Shown here one piece after another: positions 26,871-40,432 of a stretch of 64,000 nucleotides of DNA (position 1 is the first letter of the stretch; each line of letters opens with the position of its first letter). A program made the position numbers and the translations under genes. The stretch spans positions 267,592,001 through 267,656,000 of the forward strand of contig OZ024740.1 in the NCBI GenBank assembly GCA_964016885.1, in the 5' to 3' direction. Source of the stretch: Eledone cirrhosa. Taxonomy: Eukaryota. The notes beneath the pieces are model-generated. The model was not told the DNA's origin. It searched no databases and worked only from the letters and a program-made list of their open reading frames with translations.

Positions 26871-27258
26871 ATATGAATATAATGAATATAGAATATAATG
26901 TGCCTAAAGTCTATATTAGTTAAATGTTGTTTGGTTGATGTGTAATGGGTAACAGTGTGTTTGTTATATAAGAATACTACTACCAAACAAAAGCAGACAG
27001 TATGTGGCAGAAGCCACATAGTGGAGATAGAGCAAAGAGTAAGATAAGGGAGAAAAAGAAAGCGACGGGAAGAATGAGAGTAGGAGATAGGGGTAAGGAA
27101 GAGGTAAAAAAAAAAAAAAAAAATTTGACAACTAATTATTCTGCTGTCTGTCTATATAACTATCGATCAGTCAACCTACTTTCTGGTGACCTACACACAC
27201 CACACTTCTCTCTACTAGCAGAAACCTTGCTATATCATATTGATCTCCTAACACACCA

Positions 27259-27292
<34 letters not shown>

Positions 27293-27443
27293 GTAGTATA
27301 CACACACACACACACACAGACACACATTTATGATTATCTAAGTCATTCATTGGTGAAGATGTTTCAAAAACAACCATGTCAGCATCAACTCAAGTCAAAT
27401 GAAGAAATATTAATGTTGTTATCGTAAAGATGATGATGATAAG

Positions 27444-27476
<33 letters not shown>

Positions 27477-27670
27477 AGTGATGAAATGCCTACGACGGTT
27501 GGAAGGCCACTGATGAAGGGAATTGCATGGTATTGGTTGTTAGAAATCATATGAAACAGAACCAACACACATATGTATTACTCTATTACTCTATTACGTG
27601 TTCCAGCCAACAGGCTGAGGCCATGCTGGGGCACAGCTGTTATATGTATGTGTGTGTGTGTGTATATATA

Positions 27671-27856
27671 TAATTGTTTCTACTTTAGGCACAAGGCCAG
27701 CAATCACCCAGTGCATTACTGGTACTTTATTTTATCGACCCCGTGAGGATGAAAGGCAAAGTCAACCTCGGCGGGATTTGAACTCAGATCATAAAGGGAC
27801 GTAACTATGCTGGAAAGCATGGCGTCCGACCCTCTACCGATACTGCCAATCCACCG
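27671..27856 (-). mobile_element. SINE family A
   Basis: Match to consensus. Confidence 0.85.
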
Positions 27857-28056
27857 TGTATATATATAATATCATCATCATCATCATCATCACAGTTTTA
27901 TGTCCATTTTTTCATGCTTGCATGGGTCAGACGTGTCGTCCGCGTCAAGAGATAAGTCCGGCCAGGATTGACCATTACATAACTTGCTCTGACAGGACTG
28001 TAAATTTGGCCAGGGTTTTTTTACAGCTCGGTGCCCTTCCTAACATCAACCACATT

Positions 28057-28097
<41 letters not shown>

Positions 28098-28101
28098 CAC
28101 A

Positions 28102-28428
28102 TAGACGAGTTGAGAAAGAAACTGGGTATAAGAGGGATAAGTTGTGGTGTGCAGGAGAGAAGGCTGAGATGGTATGGACATGTGATGTGCATGGAGGATG
28201 ACCACTGGGTAAAGAAGTGCCAAGAAATACCAGTAGAAGGAAGACGCAGTAGAGGAAGACCACGAAAAACATGGGCGGGGATGGTGAAAGCACACCTCAG
28301 ATCGCTGAAACTCACCGAGGAGATGACGAAGTACTGTGACAAGTGGAGAGATGCTGTGCTGAATAGGATCCATCCAACCCTTGCAAGCAGGGAAAGGCGG
28401 ACGTAAAATGTTGATGATGATGATGATG
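28102..28428 (+). mobile_element. Young 5'-truncated RTE LINE 3' end
   Basis: Open frame DELRKKLGIRGISCGVQERRLRWYGHVMCMEDDHWVKKC..RGRPRKTW; (GAT)n tail; atacatacaca flanks both ends. Confidence 0.9.
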
Positions 28429-28523
28429 ATACATACACACACACACACATTTATTCACAAATATATATATATATCTAACCCATGCTAGTGTGGAAGATAG
28501 ACGTTAAACGATGATGATGATGA

Positions 28524-28564
<41 letters not shown>

Positions 28565-28857
28565 TTTATTCATATATACACACACACAAGTCTAATGTGT
28601 AAGAATGGAGGTTAGAATTATAAGAATGAATCACACCTCTGTTGATAATGGACCAGCTACATCCTAATTATTTTTCCATACGAGTTATTAACTTTATGAG
28701 GTGTAGTAGATAACATTTTAATTATGACACACTATATAAACTTTTAAGTGTTAAAAATACCATAAAAAGGGAAGAAATAAATAAATACATAAATAAATAG
28801 TTGCAAACTGCTTTAACTAGTCACACCTACATCCCTTCTAATTAGTGGATTTTAGCC

Positions 28858-28992
28858 CCTACTACTACTACTACTACTACTATTACTACTACCACTACTA
28901 CCACCACCACCACTTCTACCACTACCACTACTACCACCACTACTACTACCACCACCACCACCACCACTACTACTATTACTACCACCCACACC
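28858..28992. repeat. (CTA/CCA)n trinucleotide repeat
   Basis: Direct inspection. Confidence 0.9.
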
Positions 28993-29049
28993 CAAATATA
29001 TATCCACAAATATGTACAAAAGACTTGCTATGAAACCACTAACAACATC

Positions 29050-29411
29050 TACTCTCTGGTCTTGAATAATCGCCCCCCTCCCAAGTTATTAATTTTTCAG
29101 ACCCTGCTCCCTGCACACACACACTTATTAAATTTTGCTCATCTATCTCCAGTGAAATTTAATTTTAATTGGTAGCATTCCTCTGACAATTTTCTTTATA
29201 CATTACAAACATTATACATGACAAAATAAGTGCATTACAAGAAATCCCATACATTATAAAATAGATAGGATGGTTTGGGGTCTCAATATGTAAAGTAAAC
29301 GATTAGTTCTTGTTTTTTAAAAAATAAATCAATGAAGACAACCTAGAAAAATTACCGATTTTCCAAACCCCCTTATTCCTCCCACCCTCTATTATTTGGG
29401 ACCTGATAGTA
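29050..29411. mobile_element. Putative MITE with decayed TIRs
   Basis: tactctctggtcttgaataat ... attatttgggacctgatagta imperfect terminal inverted repeats. Confidence 0.5.
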
Positions 29412-31427
29412 CACTAATAGGAGGAAACTGCACTAACCATTCCATTTCTAAACTAAGTATCAGTTCCATAGTGAGTGCCTTTGTTGTATCTCTTTTTTTA
29501 CTAGTTATTCTTAGAGTATTTCGCAAATAATTACATAGAGTCATTGAAATACCTTAACTCTTTCATTAACATATTTCTCATGAAAGACTATGATTTTCAA
29601 ATTTTCAAATAATCATGTATTTGCAGGGATTTAGGTGGTGTAAGGGTGATGGACTGGTAGAATTATTAGAATGTTGGAAAAATTCTTAGCAGTATTTGTT
29701 CCAAATCCTGCCAAAGTTAGCTTTGTCTTTTATCCTTCCAGGGTTAATAAAATAAAATACCAATAAAGTACAGGGATTAATTGAATGGACTTTACCCTCC
29801 CTAGAATTGCTGGGTTTGTGCCTAAAGTAGAAATCATTATTAAGGTGGTGTGTGGAACATAACATTTTGATTGAAAATATTTAGATAAATATAAATAAAT
29901 ATTATGAAATAAAGTCTTCTTATAATAGAACCAGGGCAGTTTCAGTCAGTTTGGTATCATAAAGCTTGATAAGTATTGCACAACTGCCGACTAAATAAAA
30001 AAAAAGCAATAATAATGGCTACACATTTTAGTGTGTGTGTGTGTGTGTGTGTGAGGGGGGGGGGGGCAAAGTCGATTATATCGACCAAGTACTTTATCTT
30101 ATCAATCTCAGAAGGATAAAAGGCAAAGTTGACCTTGGTGGGATTTCATCTCAGAATGTAAAGGGTAACTATAAATACTGCAAAGCATTTTGTCTGATGC
30201 TGTAATGATTCTGCCAATCCACCACTACAGTAGTAGTAGTAGTAGTGGCTGTAGTAGTATTAGCGGTGGTGGTGGTGGTGGTAGTAGTTATAGTAGTAGT
30301 GATGTTGATGATAATATTAATAATCAACATCATAGTATTAAGAAATAAGTGAATAAATATGAAAATGATGATGACTTGTAGATATTAAATATTTCAAATT
30401 GGAATATCTATAACTATGTAAAATGCATAAGTATTTACACAAAATAAAATAAAATGTTTGCACTTTTGAAATCATCTAATACGATGGTAAAAAAACGGTT
30501 GGTTGAACCATACAGTCATGTTTTTTAAATTTTTCAGGCACATCATCATCATCAACACCATTTAATGTCCACCTTCCACGTTAGCATAGTATATTTAAAT
30601 GTACATTGTGAAAAGTGTTTTCCCCATTTTAAGATGGTATGGAGAGATTTGATGTGAATTGACTTGCTGCTTCTAATGGTTTCAGTGGTTTTGTATATCC
30701 TTGCATATTAGCTCTGATACAAGAAACATATAAGCAAAGGTATTGCAAGTATTTCCAACCAATCCTTTAAGGCATCTAGGGCTACATCAGGCAATGTTTT
30801 GTTTTTCCATTTTTATGATTTTAGATATATGATGTAAGCAAGATGTGGTTTGACAATCATCTTCATCATTGTCACCATTTAACATCCATTTTCTATGCTA
30901 GCATGGATTAGACGGGTTGTCGTGTTGTGGGATAAGTCAGATCGGATGACAATGTTTTGCTCGCATAGAATCAAATAGTTACATTTTTTTTATTGCTTAG
31001 TAGTCAAGAGAGGGCAATGCCTTTGGTTCTTTTTAGAGTCAGAGACAGGTGAGAAAGAGCAAAGATGTTATCTTCCAACTAGAGACCAATCTCAAATATT
31101 TGCAACATAGTTGACTCTGCTTAAAGGACTAAGGGGCCAGGTGGAGGTGTTAAACTGGCAACAGATTAAGACTACTAACCAAGTAGGACATGACAGGATT
31201 AGAACTTGGAATGCAAAGAACTGAAAGAAATATCACAATGTATACAGTTCAATGCTTTAACATTCCTGTTAGATCTTTGTCCTAAACTGGTAGTTTATCT
31301 AAGAATTCCACAATTTCAGAAATATGAAATATAAAGTTACCTCAACAGAATTTGAACTCTGAATGCAAGGAACTAGAATAAAATACCACAAAACATTTTA
31401 TCCAATGCTCTAAAATCTCTGTTTTGT

Positions 31428-31710
31428 GGAGGAGTGTGGCCTAGTGGTAAGGGAGTTGGAATTACGATCATAATGTCGTGGGTTTGATTCCTGGGCTAGG
31501 TTGTGTGTTGTGTTCTTCAGCAAAACACTTCCTTTCCCATTGTTCCAGTATACTTAGCTGAAAATGAGTACTAGCAATAGCTGGGGGGTTAACCCTGTGA
31601 TGGACTGGGGTCCTGTCCAGTGGGAAGTATTGTACTCTCGGTCCCTTCACGCCATGAAACCGGAATAAGTACCGGGCTAACAAGCCTTCTGGCTTAAGAC
31701 AGACTTTAGA
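31428..31710 (+). mobile_element. tRNA-derived CORE/V-like SINE (third family)
   Basis: tggcctagtggtaaggg A box, ggtttgattcc B box, ttgtgttcttcagcaaaacactt core, ccctgtgatggactgg..cctgtccag. Confidence 0.75.
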
Positions 31711-32181
31711 TCTAACATCTCTGCCAATTTTCTCTTGTTGGACAATAGTAATAGTAATAAAACAACAGATAAATAATACAAAACATAGTGTTCACAAAAC
31801 TAAATATCTTCAATAATTCTTATTTCCTTAAAAAAAACAAAACAAAATAAGACTAAATTGGCTAATTATCTGTTATCTTTTCAGTCATTGCTTTGCTGAT
31901 TTATTTATTTATTTAGTTATTCATTCAGTTGAGACAGATGGCAATTCCCACCATATATCTTGTTTTTTTTTCTGTAGCAGCAACAAAAGAAGCAAAATAT
32001 ATATATATACTCTTTACTCCACTAAGCATATAATTACTGCTACATGTGAAGGACTGTTGCAGAGAATTAACAGATGATGATTGCCTAGAAATACTGCACA
32101 AGCAAATATAGTCCTTACTATTGCAACAATGCTAAAATAAATAAATAGATGATAATAATAATAAGTATTATTACTATTATT

Positions 32182-32410
32182 AGGGCAGTGGATTGGCAGC
32201 ATTGGTAGTATGTTGGACAATATTCTTTGTGGCATAGAGTTATGGCCACTTACACTGATTTCAAATCCCACCGAAGTTAGCTTTGCCTTTCATCCTTACA
32301 GGGTTGATAAAATAAAATACCAGTAATGCACTGGAGTCGATTTAATTGGCTTTCCCTTTCGCCAAAATTGTTGGCCTTGTGCCTAAATCAAAAACCATTA
32401 TTATTATTAT
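32182..32410 (+). mobile_element. SINE family A (long subfamily)
   Basis: Match to consensus with (ATT)n tail. Confidence 0.85.
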
Positions 32411-32419
32411 TTCTGTTAT

Positions 32420-33450
32420 TGGTCACAAGGGCCCAAGACATTGAGGACGATATAAGGACAAAAGAAAGCATCATTGAGTGAAGGAAAAGGGACATCACTG
32501 AAGAGAAAACAATAGGGAGAGCAATAATCGAATATACATAACAATAGAAAAGAGTAACAATAACGAAAGACAACAAGGACCAGTTCCCTAATAGTGGAGA
32601 GAACTGTACTTTAAGGTAATTCCAGGGAGAACCCCACACAAACTACCCTGTTGGCTCACAGGCATTGAAAACGCCCTCTCCTAGTTTCATTTCTCCTGCT
32701 TAGAAAAGCATAATCAGTGAAGGCCTGTTCAGCTACATCAATCTAACCTCTCTCACTCATCTTTCATAAAACATTAGAAGGCAGTACCTCCCTCTCTACC
32801 CTCAAATTTCTCCTCATGTGAAACTTGAAGAAGTTGATGTGGGCTTGGTTGGAGAGAAAGATTCCTGTCCTCAATCCCTTTAGGTGAGTCCACCATATAG
32901 CTTCCTTAATCATAGCTACCAGGCAGAGGAAAACTTGCTGCACCTCCTTAATAGTTCAATTTTCACTATAGACCTGGATGATAGCCAGATCTGTCTTACA
33001 CACAGTAGCAGTTGTTTGGTACAAGCTCACACCTCTGAAATACACAGGTACTGGACAATAGCATGCAGGTCTATTTTGTCACCCTACATGCATCTCAGAC
33101 ATGTCTGACTGTTGGCACTTCTTTGCCTGTAGAGCTTGTCTTGAACTGGAAGTGACCTTTCTGTAGCACTACATGCCAAGGTTTTTTTGAAATCATCCTT
33201 AAACCTTGACTTGAAGAGCCTGTTCAGACTGTCCTCATCAATGCTTGGAGTCAATACAAGGCCACTATTGCTCATAGCTTCCACTAACCCTCTATACAGT
33301 GCAAGTTCTGTTTTCTGGCCACCTATCATGTTATTCAGTTGGTAGAGCTGAGGAAAGATATGTCATTTGAAAGGTGCCCACACTGGTCGGGCTTCACTTT
33401 GATTATCATAGGCATTGCTGTTCTTGAGGTAATTCCACAGGTGCATAGAA
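32420..33450 (-). pseudogene. Decayed L1/Tx1-clade LINE 3' region (zf-RVT/CCHC-like) plus 3' UTR
   Basis: ...FKKTLA..SLPVQDKLYRQRSANSQTCLRC..DLHAIVQ.. resembles the Tx1 ORF2 C-terminal zinc knuckle. Confidence 0.7.
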
Positions 33451-35262
33451 TCTATGAAAAAGTAATAATATTCATCTACTATATTATATCATATGTGTTT
33501 CTGCATGTTTACATATGTGTGTATAACTCATGCATGTATGTATGTATATCTATTTAACTATTATTTAAAGATCCACACCAATTGAGTGTTCTAAAGAAAT
33601 ATCATCTAAGACATTCAAGCCGTGATCATGCTATCTGTATTTCAGACATCATAAATCTTGAATTACATTATTCAAATGTGTCTGTCCTTTTTAAAGACAG
33701 TATCCTATAATTCAAGGGACGTTTGTCTGCTATTTTTGTTAGCTCAAACATTTTAAATGTGTAATATATCACATATTGGTTGTTTCAATGATGTCAGTGA
33801 ACTTTCAGTGGAAGAGAATATCATATGTTAAAGAAATCTCAATAAAATAAACAGTCTTCTGCTCTTTTGTTTGAGTTTAGTTCTGACAACACTATAGTTA
33901 GATGATTAAGGAGATACATTGTTCTATATCTAGGAACACTATTTCAGAGTTGAAGAAATTTGTCCCATTTAGAGTGTTAGGAGCAAGTCAAGAAGATGAA
34001 AGTATTTTTAGCTGTGAACTGAATATAATGTAGGGTTTTGGTTGATGCTAAATATATGGGATTTTCAAACAGAGATCAGCAGATAAAAAAAAAGAAGGCT
34101 TGATGTGTGCAAGGGTGAAGATGGTATTCTTTTGTATGTGTATTTTTCTTCTTAGTATGTATGAAGACGTTTGGTTAATGTTTTGATGTTATAGTTTGCT
34201 GTCATTAAATATTGATGTTTATAGTTTGACAAGTCAAAGTAAATGGTTGAGTCAGTTGAATTAAGAATTTCAATGGGCTCTTAACCATTATAATGAGATA
34301 AAAATCATAAGTTAACCTCACCCAGTTATGAAATCAGAATAGTGAAGACTAAACTGGATATATTGAACTTCTCTGTATAGTTTTAAAGATTATTTTTTAT
34401 GTTACTAGCTCAACATTTTTAACACTATCACCAACCATTAAATATTTATTTATTCCAACTAGATTATATGAACCGAATGTATGCAAATTGAGCCAGCTAG
34501 AACTTCATTTCATAATCTTTAGTCTCATTTACCCTTATCAAATATTTTTTTTTATTTAGTACAAAGCCCATTTATGCAAAATGAAAGAAAGGGTTTATAG
34601 TTAATTGTGTGTGTGTGTGTGTGTGACTTTGTATGCATGTACACACACACAAACACATGCCTACACAATCAATATATATTTTATCTCGGAATGTAATTTT
34701 ATTTTGTTTTTCTCCCATATATAAACTCATGTTTTTTAGCCATACCTTTTTTCTGTATTTCTTTTACTTAGGAGTTTAGCGCAAAAGCTTATTTAATGTA
34801 CTTAAAAAATAAGAAACTAGCTGCACTTTTGAAAGAGCAATCCAATTTAATTACTCATGTCAAAAACTTCCCACAAAATGACACATTAGTACTAAACTAT
34901 CAACATTTGCTCATCCCACTATTATAAAGAAATAAAAAATAAAGAAAAACTAACACAAAAATCCCCAACACAATCAATAATAACACAATACCAAAAGCCT
35001 TTAAATTCTTCTACATTCTCTAATATTATCTCCCCTTAATGATTGCATTTAACACTTGACACTTCTCACTGAACAGGTTTCTTTAATTTCATTTTTGTAT
35101 TATTATTGTTTTTTATATGTATAACTATTTTCCAAACAAGACCTTAACTAATTGTATGATTAAAAGAAGGCTTGGAGCCAACAGAAGAATTGACTGCCAG
35201 GATTCTGGGAAATGTAAATTCCAATATTCAGTCTCTAACAATTTAGCACAGAAATAATAACA

Positions 35263-35840
35263 ATAATTGTTTCTATTTTAGGCACAAGGCCAGCAATTTG
35301 AAGGGAAGGGGAGAAAGTCGATTAAATCAACCCCAGTGCATTACTGGTGCTTTATTTTGTCGACCCTGTAAGGATGAAAGGCAAAGCTAACCTCAGCAAA
35401 ATTTGAACTCAGAACATAAAGGGCCGTAACTATGCTACAAAGTATGGTGTCCGATGCTCTACCAATAATGATAAAAATAATAATAATCATCATCATCGTC
35501 CTTTAATGTCCGTTAAATGCTAGTGAACAATGATTTATAACCAACACAAGGTCATATATTTTAAAGAAAGGTAGAGTTGATTAAAGCAAAACTCAGTACT
35601 TAAGTGGTACTTATTTTATAATACTGATGATGGTAATAATGGTTTCTGATTTAGGTACAAGGCCAACAATTTGAGGGAAGGGTAAAGTCGATTGATTCAA
35701 CACCAATGCATTACTGGTACTTTGTTTTATTGAGCCTGTAAGGAAGAAAGACAAAGATAACCTCAGTGGGATTTGAAGTCAGTATATAAGGGGCCGTAAC
35801 TATGACACGAAGCATGTTCGCTGATGTTCCACCGATACTC
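35263..35840 (-). mobile_element. Two SINE family A (long subfamily) copies at ~35263-35465 and ~35636-35840
   Basis: Match to consensus. Confidence 0.8.
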
Positions 35841-36129
35841 AATAATAATGACAATAATGTTGAAGATTTCTAATATAATAATAATATAAGAAGGCATGTT
35901 ATGGACCTGTTTTGCCTAAAATATATAACTGTGGCAAGAAATTGGTTTAGACTTTGAACAGCTAAAGTCTTAATTTAACACAGCAGTAAAAACAAATACA
36001 TTAATAGCACATTGGCTAACTGTGGTGGACAACCATAAAGGCATGTTTTTATATGGCCAGTATTTTTGCAAACCATATGCTCACCGAATAAATATGAAAT
36101 TATACATAAATCTTGTGAGAATAGAGTAT

Positions 36130-36490
36130 TAGGAGCGACATTTGAGATACAATAACTGGCCACAACCTCTAGTTATATTGAAATGAATATTGACAACTAC
36201 AATATAGATATCACATGATAGCCATGAGCAGCATTTACTGAGACAAAATGCCATGTTCTATCAATATGTTCCTCACTAATTCTGACAAAATATAATTAGA
36301 AACACAATAATGTATCAAAGCTGCTGTATGAAACAAAGCCACCAAATTTCAAATGCTTCAAGAAAACTCCTCAGTACTTCTATGAAACTTCATCTACCTT
36401 AGAAAATGCCAATGTTAAAGTACTATGGAACTTTAGCATGTAGACAGGAAGACCAACAGATATCATATAATAAGCCTAACAGAAATTTTC
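36130..36490 (+). pseudogene. Decayed R4/Dong-like (restriction-like endonuclease) non-LTR fragment
   Basis: EIQ*LATT, KHNNVSKLLY, LENANVKVLWNFSM*T..NKPN resemble the RH(N/D)..LEN..K.LWDF.IQTD..NKPD motifs. Confidence 0.5.
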
Positions 36491-36559
36491 ATGACAAAAA
36501 TGACAATAACATAACTGCATATTCACCAAAATAGCAATACAATGATTTGTAAACATCAT

Positions 36560-36772
36560 TAGGGCATTATAAGTAGAGCGTCAGACATCATGCTTCACTG
36601 CATAGAGTTACAGTCCTTTACATTCTGAGTTGAAATCCTGCCGAGGTTAGCTTTGCCTTTTATCCTCATGGGGTCGATAAAATAAAGCACCAGTAATGCA
36701 CTGGGGTTGATTTAATCAACTTTCTTCTCCCCCAACTTGTTGGCCTTGTGCCTAAATTAGAAACCATTATTA
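36560..36772 (+). mobile_element. SINE family A (long subfamily)
   Basis: Match to consensus. Confidence 0.8.
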
Positions 36773-37202
36773 GGGCATTCTCACAGCATTTGTTTACCTT
36801 ATATATTTTCACAGTAGCAAATAGCCCTTCAAGACACAGTCCATATCCTAAATAAGATACCTTCAAATTAATAGTACAACTCACACAGCATAACTCTAGA
36901 TATATAACCACCACCCAATAAGATAACACAGTTCATACAATACACGCTCTAGAGAATCAACAACAAATTTACCTAACACAAGTCACATAGAATATACTTT
37001 TCACAATCACCAACCAATAAAATATTACTATATATGCTCATTCAAAATCAATACTCAATACTATTACACATCACACTGCCAACAACACACTTTATACATA
37101 ACAGCAACACAATAATATATAATTATAAGATATAAATTAAATGACATCATGACATCTTGTTTGAAGCAGAGAGTGTTAAACTAGTGTAAAGACCTCCATC
37201 AG

Positions 37203-37522
37203 TCACAAATGACCATGGGATTTGAACCTAGAAAGTTTCCCTCTGAGGCACAACTCCAGGCAAGGTTGTTTGTGGAAGATCAGCAGTCGCCCATGCATAC
37301 TGGCCTCTCTTCTCCATGCCACCGATGATGTCCAAGGGAAAGGCAATGGCTGATACAGCTTGATACCAGTGATGGGCAACTCATTTCTACAACTGAGTAA
37401 ACTGGAGCAACGTGAAAATAAGGTGTCTTGCTCAAGGACACAAAACATCACCCGGTCCGAGAATCAAACTCACAACCTTCTGTTTACAAGCCCAATGCTC
37501 TAACCACTAAGCCATGTGCCTT
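37203..37522 (-). mobile_element. tRNA-derived SINE sharing the family B head and core but with a different 3' part
   Basis: Minus strand ggcacatggcttagtggttagagca...tgtccttgagcaagacacc...gctccagtttactcag. Confidence 0.8.
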
Positions 37523-39089
37523 AACCAGTTTATCATACCAGTAATTATTTATGAAGCCAAAACACGATAGATGTATAAAAAGAAGAAAAAAGCAGAATAG
37601 ATCTGTAAACTAATACAAAGAAGTATGGAAATTTTTTGATATGAATTACTAAAAAGAACAGAAAAACCGTTATAAGAGAGCCTTGCAGAATATACTTTAG
37701 AATTATTATGTTTTGTATTCAAATCTTGTCACGGTCAACTTTACCTCTCATTTCTTGCGGAGGGGAGAAGCCAATAAAATCATGGCAACCTCATTTCATG
37801 TCATTAAAACATTTCAGTTCTAACCTTTTAATTCCAAACTGGATAACTCTTACTACTTCCTGTTGTTTTTGTGGTTTCTATACATATAAAATGGACATAG
37901 ACACAAGTCATGAAGAAATACTCGGACTAACCAGCAAACTGCAACAGATATTTTATTATTTTTCTTGTTATCTTTTTATATGTGAATGAAGATACTCCAA
38001 GTTATCCTACCCACTGTTAAGTGTAAGTGAAATCTTACAAAATAAAATACCCATCAAAGTATTGGGGTTGATTTAATCAACTTTACCCTCCCCTAATCTG
38101 CTGGTCTAGGGTTTAAATTAAAAACCATTACCATTAGTATTATTGTTGGAAATAGTGTGTTCTTGTAGAAGGCTACAGCAATGCAAATAAGACATTCAAC
38201 ATTAAAATAACAATAACAAAGTACTTTATCATTGTTATTTTTAAATGTAATATCCTGTCTGCACTGCTGTAGCCCTCTAAAAACACTATTTTCTACACTT
38301 TCCACTATATCTCAAGCAAATTACAACATCTACTTATTGTCGTTGTCGCCCTGTGTGGTGTAAGTGCAGGGAAAATATGTGGGTCTTGGTCTTTTGGGTG
38401 CTGAGCCAAAATTATTCTTGTTCAATGTCATGTTGAGCAATTGCCTTGCCATTCTTATTCATTGGTTTTGATTTAGTCTGTAATGTGTCTGTGAATTTTC
38501 ATTATTGATTTTTCTATGTTAGAAAAAATATACATTCTGTGTGTGTGTCTGTGTATGTGTTTTGTATGCAGGTTTGTTTGAGTATGTACTGTTGTGCTGT
38601 GTTTGTGTGTAGGTTTATATGGGTATGTACTATTGTGATGGGTGGTTGTGAAGTATGTGTGTATTGTGTGTGTGCGGGTTTATTTAGATATGTACTGTTG
38701 TGTTGTGTGTGTGTGTGTGTGTGAATTTTATGTAGGAGATAAGGTGGAGTGGAACACTATAATATTTTTTATTGAGTGTCATAGATGGCTAGGCAAGAAC
38801 ATTTCAAAGCAGACTGTCCAGTTTCTGTTTGAAAGCTGTCCATCAGTATAATACTTGTGGGTATGAATTTAATTTATTAATCCTTCTTACATGTGAGCTG
38901 TGTGGCTCACTTTCTCGACTGTCACTGACTAATTCATAAAAGCACTATGATGCTGCCCAGTTTAAAACCAGTACCTGGTCCTTGGGTGACTTTAGTTGAA
39001 TTCCCTCTGTACCAAGCTTTCAGAACAGAATTACAATTATTTCCCTGTCCACATTGTTTTTGTTTTATTTTGCATACATTGATTTGCTG

Positions 39090-39540
39090 TTGTTCAAGCT
39101 GGGCATTAGCTACGTAGCTAAGACTGCATCTAAAAGCCTGGCCCTATTTCTCAGAGGCAGAAAATTCTTCATCCCCCTACAACTCTGACACTCTTCAAAG
39201 CTTAGGTAAGACCCAGTGTAGAATACTGCTTTTACATCTGCGGTGATACTACTACTGCTACTACAACACACAAACATCTTTGACTGCATCCAGAAAAAAG
39301 CCCCTCATCTAATTGGCATAAAGTCAAACAGACATACTTCAGCTACTGGCCCTCAGATATTCTGTCTCCTCTTTCTACCTTTTCAACTGCAATTTCAATG
39401 GCCTCTTCTTTTCAGAACTGACTGACCTCTTTTGCATTTCTCCTCCTCTTATCACCGATATTGTGTCCAACTCCCCGAGTCCTGCAATAAACACTACACC
39501 CAATCTTTCCTCTTCAAAATGTTCTCCTGTAGGAGTGGAC
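39090..39540 (+). pseudogene. Decayed CR1/Jockey-group LINE C-terminal fragment
   Basis: FKA*VRPSVEYC and FDCIQKKAPHLIG motifs. Confidence 0.55.
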
Positions 39541-40309
39541 TTGCAACAATTTAAACTGAATATCAACAATATCCATCACATTCATCTCATAGGATATGTA
39601 ATGTTGAAGGGTACATCTTGTTCCTCCAGACAGAGTAAAATAAATATATATGTGTACATGCAAGCAAAAATGTTTGATGTTACATGTGTATCCCCTGTAC
39701 ACAAAGATGCATGCATGGTTCATAACTTTTAAGGAAGTCGTAAGGGTGTCGTGTTGACATTTGACATTTCTATGGCCTTTTTTAAACCTGGCACAGCCTA
39801 TCTTCTCTCCAGGTCTGAATATAGCAGATTTCTTCGAGAGAGTAAAAGAATGAAAGTGAGAAAGAGATATAGAGGAAGAACTGACCATAGTACTTGACTG
39901 GTACTTTTTTTATCAACCTCGAATGGATGAAAGGCAAAGTTGACCTTAGAGGGATTTGAACTCAGAGAGGAGAGAGCCAAAACAAATACTGCAAAGCATT
40001 CTATCTGATGTTCTAATGAATCTGCTAATTCACCACCTTCATGCACAAACATACATATTTACATATGCATATTGTCTTCGTTTTTTAAATGAAATAACTT
40101 TTGATATATAACTCTGTAGGTAAATTGTTTAAATGGCAACTGCAGAGTAAGAAAACATTCCAAAGACACTGACAAACCTTCATGAGGAGTAGAAAGTAAT
40201 GAGAGTGAAAGAGAAAATAGAAATAAAAAACAAAAATAAATAGAGATGATGTGTTTGTGAAAACAGTAGCATTAATGAGGAAGAGAATTTGTTAGTAAAG
40301 TGGAGGGAG

Positions 40310-40432
<123 letters not shown>

